Part shown: in pieces, positions 58,504 to 64,000 of the stretch
Numbering within the stretch: the stretch's first letter is position 1
Layout of the letters: the number at the start of each line of letters is the position of its first letter
From: a virus
Length of the DNA: 64,000 bases
IMG/VR virus record: IMGVR_UViG_3300026521_000151
Location: 3,627 to 67,626 of that record
Direction: 5' to 3' (one strand)
Translations under genes and position numbers: made by a program
Notes under the pieces: model-generated
Databases searched by the model: none
The model's input: only the letters and a program-made list of their open reading frames with translations
What the model was told of the DNA's origin: nothing

Positions 58504-58860
58504 ATGGTAAAGTATGAACAAATGAATGATATACCTATAATGCTATATATTATAGTGTTTGGTTTAGGTATGTGGGGAGCTATCCTAAATTACTTTAAAA
58601 GAGAAGACGATAAAGTTAGCAGGACTAAGTTACAAAAATTAGGTATATTTATACTTGATTTAGTGTCAAGTATGGGACTTAGTGTTATAACATTTCTTTC
58701 TTTATTGGGTTTAGGTATGAACGACATTATAGCTGTAGCTTTTAGTGGTTGGGTAGCTCATCAAGGAACAAGAGCTATTTATTTAGTTGAATTAATAATA
58801 GCAGAAAAATTAGGCAGTAAAGTAATGAAAGACGAGGTCTTAAAGTACAATGAAAAATGA
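58504..58860 (+). CDS. Holin
   Basis: 118 aa, three TM segments, GWVAHQGTRAI. Confidence 0.7.
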   Translation: MVKYEQMNDIPIMLYIIVFGLGMWGAILNYFKREDDKVSRTKLQKLGIFILDLVSSMGLSVITFLSLLGLGMNDIIAVAFSGWVAHQGTRAIYLVELIIAEKLGSKVMKDEVLKYNEK

Positions 58861-58990
58861 ATGTAAATTAGACTTACATAAAGAAATAGAGAAAGCTAAA
58901 CGAGAGGCTAAGGTTAACTTACTTGTTACTATCTTAGCTTTCTCTTTAATTATATTATCTACTCTTTATGTATGACAAAAGGAATTAAAA

Positions 58991-59212
58991 ATGTTAAGTA
59001 CATTAGTTACAATGATATATGAAATGAGTATAGCTATATTAGGTAGAGTAGCTTGGACGGCTGTATTTGAAAGATTCTACACAAGACTACTTATTTATAG
59101 TTTAAAGAAAATACAAACTATGAGTACTAATGATGTAGTAGATTCAACTGTTGAAGACATTATAAATAGCCTAAAAGGTAAAAAATTAGCTGTGGTAGAT
59201 AAAGGAGTTTAA
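58991..59212 (+). CDS. Hypothetical lysis-region protein
   Basis: 73 aa; STNDVVD motif; AAGGA RBS. Confidence 0.5.
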   Translation: MLSTLVTMIYEMSIAILGRVAWTAVFERFYTRLLIYSLKKIQTMSTNDVVDSTVEDIINSLKGKKLAVVDKGV

Positions 59213-59213
59213 T

Positions 59214-59558
59214 ATGCTCCTTAAAAAGATAGATAGATGGATAACAGCTGACGAAGATGTAGATATTGCTGATGAGATAAACTCTATGAAATCAGATGTT
59301 AATGACCTACAAGAAGCTGACGATAACAAAGATGAAGACGGAAACTACGTAGATATTATCCACGGAGAGATTTATGATGATAGAACTAAACAAATCTTCG
59401 AAGTTATATGTGATTATGGTATAGACTATTACAAATTAAATGCTTATTACAAAGTAGATGATGATACTTATATTACAGGTATTATTGATTCTACCCCTTT
59501 CCTCCCTGTTATTAGGTATTTACAGCAGGAAGCATTTAGTGTAGGGAGTGTATTATGA
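59214..59558 (+). CDS. Hypothetical acidic protein
   Basis: 114 aa; AAGGAG RBS. Confidence 0.55.
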   Translation: MLLKKIDRWITADEDVDIADEINSMKSDVNDLQEADDNKDEDGNYVDIIHGEIYDDRTKQIFEVICDYGIDYYKLNAYYKVDDDTYITGIIDSTPFLPVIRYLQQEAFSVGSVL

Positions 59559-59998
59559 TTGATAGCCCTGCATATAACACATATTTTATAGGTCAAAGTA
59601 TTGTTAAAGGTATTAAAATTAAAAGTAGTTTTTGGACAAGACCTCGTAGTAATGATATAAAACTTTATATATCACTTACTATTGACCCACTAAATAAAAC
59701 TGAATTAAATGTAGGTGTAGTTGAAGACAATGGATTTTATTGGACTAACCCGTTTACCTTAGATGAAGTAGGAGAGTATATAATACATTGGTATAGTATG
59801 TCTTACGGTATAGACTATAAACAAACATTTACAGTGATACCTTATAGTGATTTAAACACTGCATTAGAGGAATTAGAGAACAAACTACAAACAAGTCAAG
59901 ATAGTATTACACAAATCTTAATTAGTTTAGGCGAGAACATAGAAGCGACTAAACAAGAGATACAATTAGATAACAATATAGGTAAAATTGTATTCTGA
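59555..59998 (+). CDS. Putative virion protein (Ig-like + coiled coil)
   Basis: GFYW..FTLDEVGEYIIHW followed by heptads. Confidence 0.5.
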   Translation: MIDSPAYNTYFIGQSIVKGIKIKSSFWTRPRSNDIKLYISLTIDPLNKTELNVGVVEDNGFYWTNPFTLDEVGEYIIHWYSMSYGIDYKQTFTVIPYSDLNTALEELENKLQTSQDSITQILISLGENIEATKQEIQLDNNIGKIVF

Positions 59999-60049
59999 GT
60001 ATTGACCTAAGTAAGTCAGTAAACTACTTATATTTTTAAAGGAGCATAT

Positions 60050-61318
60050 ATGGCTAACATTAAGAAAGCAGGGGTACCATTTATTGTAACATTAGATTTA
60101 ACACCAGATTTATCAGATAATGCTGATAAATTTAAAGTTATTTTAAGAAAGAACATAGATGGGTCTGAAACTACAATAGTTGATGGTAGTGACGGTGCAG
60201 AGGTTACAGAGTTAGATAGTTTAGCTGGTACATACCAATTTGAAATGATGATTGATGAAGTAGGAGATTATACTTTATTAGTTGACGCTGATATTACAGC
60301 ATTTAATAAAGTGGCAGCAGCATTCGTTGTTACATCAGCAAGTATTGACGATGTTAAAGCAGTTGTTGATGATAGTTTAGTAAAAATAGAAGCTATTAAA
60401 TCACAAGTTGATTTACTTGATGAAGATGGATTAAATGCTATTGTTGATAAAACAAATAGCTTACAAGTTACAATAGAGAACATTAGAGATTTAATTACTG
60501 ATGTTACAGCTACCATTAAAGTAAGTGGTGATAAAACAGCTGATGTTAATAACGGTGATGTGTTAAGTGGGGAAACTACTAATGCATTAGGTAATGTAGT
60601 ATCTTCAAGTTATGATAGTGATAATGATGTAACAGCTATTGTGTTAGATAATGTTAAAGGTATATTTGATGTTGAAACACCTGAAAACTTATACAATGGT
60701 GATGTTGATTTAGGTGGTATTAGCGAAGTAGCTTATGGTGGCGGTGCAGTTGACAGTGTAATGGAATTTGTGAAATCATTAAATGCTGAACTTACAGATG
60801 GTGCAAGTGGTTTAGAAGCCTTAGCTACATACTCTAAGGATATTGAACATATCTTAAACGGTGATGATACATTAGAAGACGGTAGTGATAACCCTACTGC
60901 AGGTAAAGGATTAGTAGCTATATTTAATAATGTTGATGGTATTAGCGACGACATAGCTGATTTATCATCACAATTAGATAGCGTAAAATCAGACTTAAGC
61001 GACGCTATTAATAGTGCTAAATCTGATATTCAAGATAGTGTACAAGCTGTTAAGGACGTGGTAGACGCTAATAAATCACTATTAGAAGATGACACTTATG
61101 GGTTATCTGCACTTAAAGACTTAGTTGACCAACTATCAACTGATTTAAGTGATGACACTAAAAGTATAACAGACATCTTAAATGATGACACTTATGGGTT
61201 ATCTGCGTTAAACGATACAATCACAAATAGATTTGATTCTGTTGATAGTGCATTAGTTGATGTTAATGCTAAATTAGACAACTTAGGTGCTATTGTTAGA
61301 ACAAACGTACAAATTTAA
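60050..61318 (+). CDS. Putative fibre/whisker protein (Ig-like + segmented coiled coil)
   Basis: GTYQFEMMIDEVGDYTL; acidic heptads; duplicated DDTYGLSAL. Confidence 0.55.
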   Translation: MANIKKAGVPFIVTLDLTPDLSDNADKFKVILRKNIDGSETTIVDGSDGAEVTELDSLAGTYQFEMMIDEVGDYTLLVDADITAFNKVAAAFVVTSASIDDVKAVVDDSLVKIEAIKSQVDLLDEDGLNAIVDKTNSLQVTIENIRDLITDVTATIKVSGDKTADVNNGDVLSGETTNALGNVVSSSYDSDNDVTAIVLDNVKGIFDVETPENLYNGDVDLGGISEVAYGGGAVDSVMEFVKSLNAELTDGASGLEALATYSKDIEHILNGDDTLEDGSDNPTAGKGLVAIFNNVDGISDDIADLSSQLDSVKSDLSDAINSAKSDIQDSVQAVKDVVDANKSLLEDDTYGLSALKDLVDQLSTDLSDDTKSITDILNDDTYGLSALNDTITNRFDSVDSALVDVNAKLDNLGAIVRTNVQI

Positions 61319-61363
61319 GGTTAGGTTTTCCTTTCCTTATTTTATTTATTTTAAAGGAATACA

Positions 61364-61813
61364 ATGTGGTATATAAATGAAGACCATAGTGTTACTATGA
61401 CTTTCCCTGAAAATGCTGATTTAACCTTATATCTTAGGAAAGATTTAAACGACTTTAAAGAGTTAGATGTAGACATAGAAAATCCTGAAACAACTATTTA
61501 TCAAACAACTATAAACATAGAAGAAGAAGGAAATTACACTCTAAAAGTTGAAGATAATAACTCTAATATATTTATAATTAAAGAGTTTAAAGCTATCAAG
61601 AAAGAAGTATTTACAGATAATGATAGAACAACTCTTAATACTATAACTAGTAATATAAATCTATTATTAGACATAGAGCAAGGTAATTGGCAAATTAAAG
61701 ATAAACAAATGATATTTTATAATCGTGTAGGTGATGAACTTATGAGATTTAATCTATTTGATAAAAATAATATACCTTCTGAAAAAGTTGTATATAAAAG
61801 GGAGAGAGTATGA
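61364..61813 (+). CDS. Putative virion protein (Ig-like N-terminus)
   Basis: IYQTTINIEEEGNYTL; C-terminal GNWQIKDKQMIFY. Confidence 0.5.
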   Translation: MWYINEDHSVTMTFPENADLTLYLRKDLNDFKELDVDIENPETTIYQTTINIEEEGNYTLKVEDNNSNIFIIKEFKAIKKEVFTDNDRTTLNTITSNINLLLDIEQGNWQIKDKQMIFYNRVGDELMRFNLFDKNNIPSEKVVYKRERV

Positions 61814-62214
61814 AAAATGAATTAATAAGTAAGATAAAATTAGATGAGGGATTTAAAGGTACTGTGTATAAAGATAGTAGAGGTTTTCCTACAATAGGTT
61901 ATGGGACTTTACTACCTATCACTGAAATAGAGGCTGAACTATTATTAGAATATAGACTTGATTTAATTGTACAAGAACTAATCAATAATAAACCTATTGT
62001 AGTAGAATTACCTGACGAAGCTCAAAATATATTATATAATATGGCATATAATATGGGTGTACCTACATTACTTAAATTTAAGAAAATGTGGAGAGCCTTA
62101 GAGGAAGAAGATTTTAAAACAGCAAGTGCTGAAATGGAAGATAGTAGGTGGTATCATCAAGTAGGTGATAGAGCTAAAGAATTAGTACAAAGAATGTATA
62201 ATGTTAATAAATAA
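61810..62214 (+). CDS. Endolysin, GH24 / T4-lysozyme-like muramidase
   Basis: DEGFKGTVYKDSRGFPTIGYG (E-D-T triad), NMAYNMG, DSRWYHQVGDRA. Confidence 0.9.
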   Translation: MKNELISKIKLDEGFKGTVYKDSRGFPTIGYGTLLPITEIEAELLLEYRLDLIVQELINNKPIVVELPDEAQNILYNMAYNMGVPTLLKFKKMWRALEEEDFKTASAEMEDSRWYHQVGDRAKELVQRMYNVNK

Positions 62215-62344
62215 AGGGCTAACTGATGAAAGTATCATAACACAAGGTTACGGTTGGTTACCTGAAAGTATAAATGATATTATTACATTCTTTGTGGACT
62301 TATTTACAAATTTAAGGTATCAAGATGATAAAATACACTATTGA
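62201..62344 (+). CDS. Small hypothetical protein (below ORF-track cutoff)
   Basis: 47 aa MLINKGLTDESIITQGYGW...; overlaps its neighbours. Confidence 0.4.
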   Translation: MLINKGLTDESIITQGYGWLPESINDIITFFVDLFTNLRYQDDKIHY

Positions 62345-62501
62345 TATAACACAAGGTATTACATTATATGAAACATTAAATTTAGGTGTAGAACTTAAAG
62401 AATACATAAATAAAAATATCAAATTTAATATTATTTTAAATACAGAAATTGAGTATGAAAATGATGTTATTAAATTTACAAGGATAGATGATGAGCAATA
62501 A
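62325..62501 (+). CDS. Small hypothetical protein (below ORF-track cutoff)
   Basis: 58 aa MIKYTIDITQG...; fills the gap in the operon. Confidence 0.4.
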   Translation: MIKYTIDITQGITLYETLNLGVELKEYINKNIKFNIILNTEIEYENDVIKFTRIDDEQ

Positions 62502-62790
62502 CTACAATACTGTATATCAATTTGATATAGGTACAAGATTTGATTTTAGTATTTCCGTAGATATAGATAAAGTAGATTTAGCTAAACTATATGTACTTAA
62601 ACCCGATAACACTAAAATTGAAGTTGAATGTGAGTTAGACACAGAGAATGGATTAATTTACTATGTAACGCAAGAGAATGATTTAAACTTAGCAGGAACA
62701 TATCAGCTACAACTATATTGTGAGCTTGATGACGGTTCGTGGAAAGGGAGAGGACAAATTATAAAACTCCCTGTAAACAAAATTATATAA
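62488..62790 (+). CDS. BppU N-terminal-like virion protein
   Basis: DIGTRFDF, LKPDNT, IYYVT..DLNLAGTYQLQ. Confidence 0.6.
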   Translation: MMSNNYNTVYQFDIGTRFDFSISVDIDKVDLAKLYVLKPDNTKIEVECELDTENGLIYYVTQENDLNLAGTYQLQLYCELDDGSWKGRGQIIKLPVNKII

Positions 62791-62799
62791 ACTATAATT

Positions 62800-62857
62800 A
62801 TTATTGAGGGCTTTACTCCTATTATTTGCTTTGATTGTTTTAAAGCCCTCAGTTATT
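62800..62857. terminator. Probable bidirectional terminator between convergent operons
   Basis: TGAGGGCTTTA...TAAAGCCCTCA inverted repeat. Confidence 0.55.
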
Positions 62858-62858
62858 T

Positions 62859-63224
62859 TTATTCAAATATGTTACCTTTAATTTCTATTGTATCTAACAC
62901 AGTTAAAGGGACAAATTCTTCTCTTACCTTATCATCAATTAAAAAGGCACTACATCTTTCATCATAATATACAACACCCTCTGTACTAAAACCTAAACTT
63001 ATGGAAGAGATATTCACAATATCTCCTACATATATTTTATTATTGTGGGTGTCTTTTAAACCTATGTATTGACCTAAACTATTGTCAATAAAATAATCAC
63101 CAAAACTAAATCTAAAAAATCTTTCTAACTTGTAAGTATTAGTTTGTGTAAATAAATCTTCATTATTTGTACCATAAATCCACTCATTTGTTGTCTTCAT
63201 TTTACCTCTAAACTCTAATATCAT
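62859..63224 (-). CDS. YopX family protein
   Basis: EFRG...WIYG, GQYIGLKDTHNNKIYVGDIV, IKGNIFE. Confidence 0.85.
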   Translation of the reverse strand: MILEFRGKMKTTNEWIYGTNNEDLFTQTNTYKLERFFRFSFGDYFIDNSLGQYIGLKDTHNNKIYVGDIVNISSISLGFSTEGVVYYDERCSAFLIDDKVREEFVPLTVLDTIEIKGNIFE

Positions 63225-63235
63225 AATATACCCCT

Positions 63236-64000
63236 TTAAAACTTAATTAATTTTTGATAATTTAATTCCCCATACTCATCATAGCTTAAAATTAATTGAG
63301 AAGGTACTTCTTTAATAAACCCGCTATGGAAAGCATAATCATCCATACCAATCATTGAGCCTACTGTGCAAGCTAAACCTCCGTTACTCATTAGAGCTGA
63401 TTTATATTTATGGAAATGCCCATTTAGTAATAATGTAGGCTCTACCTGATACATTGTTTTACATAAATCTATAACTTGTAATAAACTACTCGGATTACCT
63501 ACGTCATATTTCCTAATAGTATCAGAGTGGAAAGCAAAACCATAGTTATTATTAGGTAATTTTATTAAGTTAAACCCACTAACGTCGTAGTTTATACATA
63601 CTCTTGTACCTTTAAATACCTCTTTTAGAAATGAATAAATTAAGAAATCAAAGTCATAACCTTTTTTATAAAATGCTACATTTTCACTCAACCTTGCATG
63701 ATTACTATTTGTTAATGTGATATGAATGTTCTCAAATTTAGTCTGTAATGGTAAAACTAAACCACTAAATATACTTACAAACTTAGTGAGTGCTGACACA
63801 ACAGGTAATTCTCCTGTGAGGTTTGATTGATGAATTACACCTTGTAAAATATCACCTAAAACTACAATTTCAACATCTCTTGTATGTTCATTGTTTAACA
63901 TTGTAAAACATTTATTTAATCTTTCCTCTGCTATCGATATATTATACTCATTCACACTACCTACATCTTCCTTTTCGACTAAACTACCTAAATGTAAATC
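63236..64000 (-). CDS. Metallophosphoesterase (5' truncated by window)
   Basis: Frame is open to the window end giving DLHLG; LGD, SNH, FH and GHFH motifs. Confidence 0.85.
   Translation of the reverse strand, partial: DLHLGSLVEKEDVGSVNEYNISIAEERLNKCFTMLNNEHTRDVEIVVLGDILQGVIHQSNLTGELPVVSALTKFVSIFSGLVLPLQTKFENIHITLTNSNHARLSENVAFYKKGYDFDFLIYSFLKEVFKGTRVCINYDVSGFNLIKLPNNNYGFAFHSDTIRKYDVGNPSSLLQVIDLCKTMYQVEPTLLLNGHFHKYKSALMSNGGLACTVGSMIGMDDYAFHSGFIKEVPSQLILSYDEYGELNYQKLIKF

Noticed and set aside
39652-58521. Numerous antisense ORFs (e.g. 39652, 40120, 46637, 50129, 50717, 57403)
   Set aside because: Shadow frames of strongly supported structural genes; no RBS or motifs.
1-64000. tRNA genes and alternative genetic code
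   Set aside because: No cloverleaf or T-loop signature found by eye. Core genes are full length in the standard code and end in TAA, TAG or TGA.

Overview
This is 64 kb of a very AT-rich tailed dsDNA phage with siphovirus, broadly T5-like organisation. Extended TGnTAnAAT promoters with periodic upstream TTTAAG tracts point to a Campylobacterota host (inference). The left part encodes replication and nucleotide functions: SbcC-like ATPase, sigma factor, primase, DnaB helicase, adenine MTase, a family A DNA polymerase split by a group I intron carrying an HNH gene, ThyX, SF2 helicase, dNMP kinase, NrdB and intein-containing NrdA. An accessory region (13-24.7 kb) holds small genes, gene remnants, two dispersed palindromic repeat families and a block of tandem repeats and hairpins. 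A plasmid-type Rep/primase plus terS-terL run opposite to the ligase, portal, protease, capsid, tail and lysis genes (35-62.8 kb). The most notable unexplained structure is a ~110-bp palindromic element (R1, 7 copies) with a partner (R2, 4 copies). R1 is co-oriented with transcription, often overlaps stop codons, bounds small gene cassettes including the DNA ligase, and is mosaic between copies. No tRNA, integrase, reverse transcriptase or cas gene was seen. All calls are by-eye motif recognition; no database searches were run.
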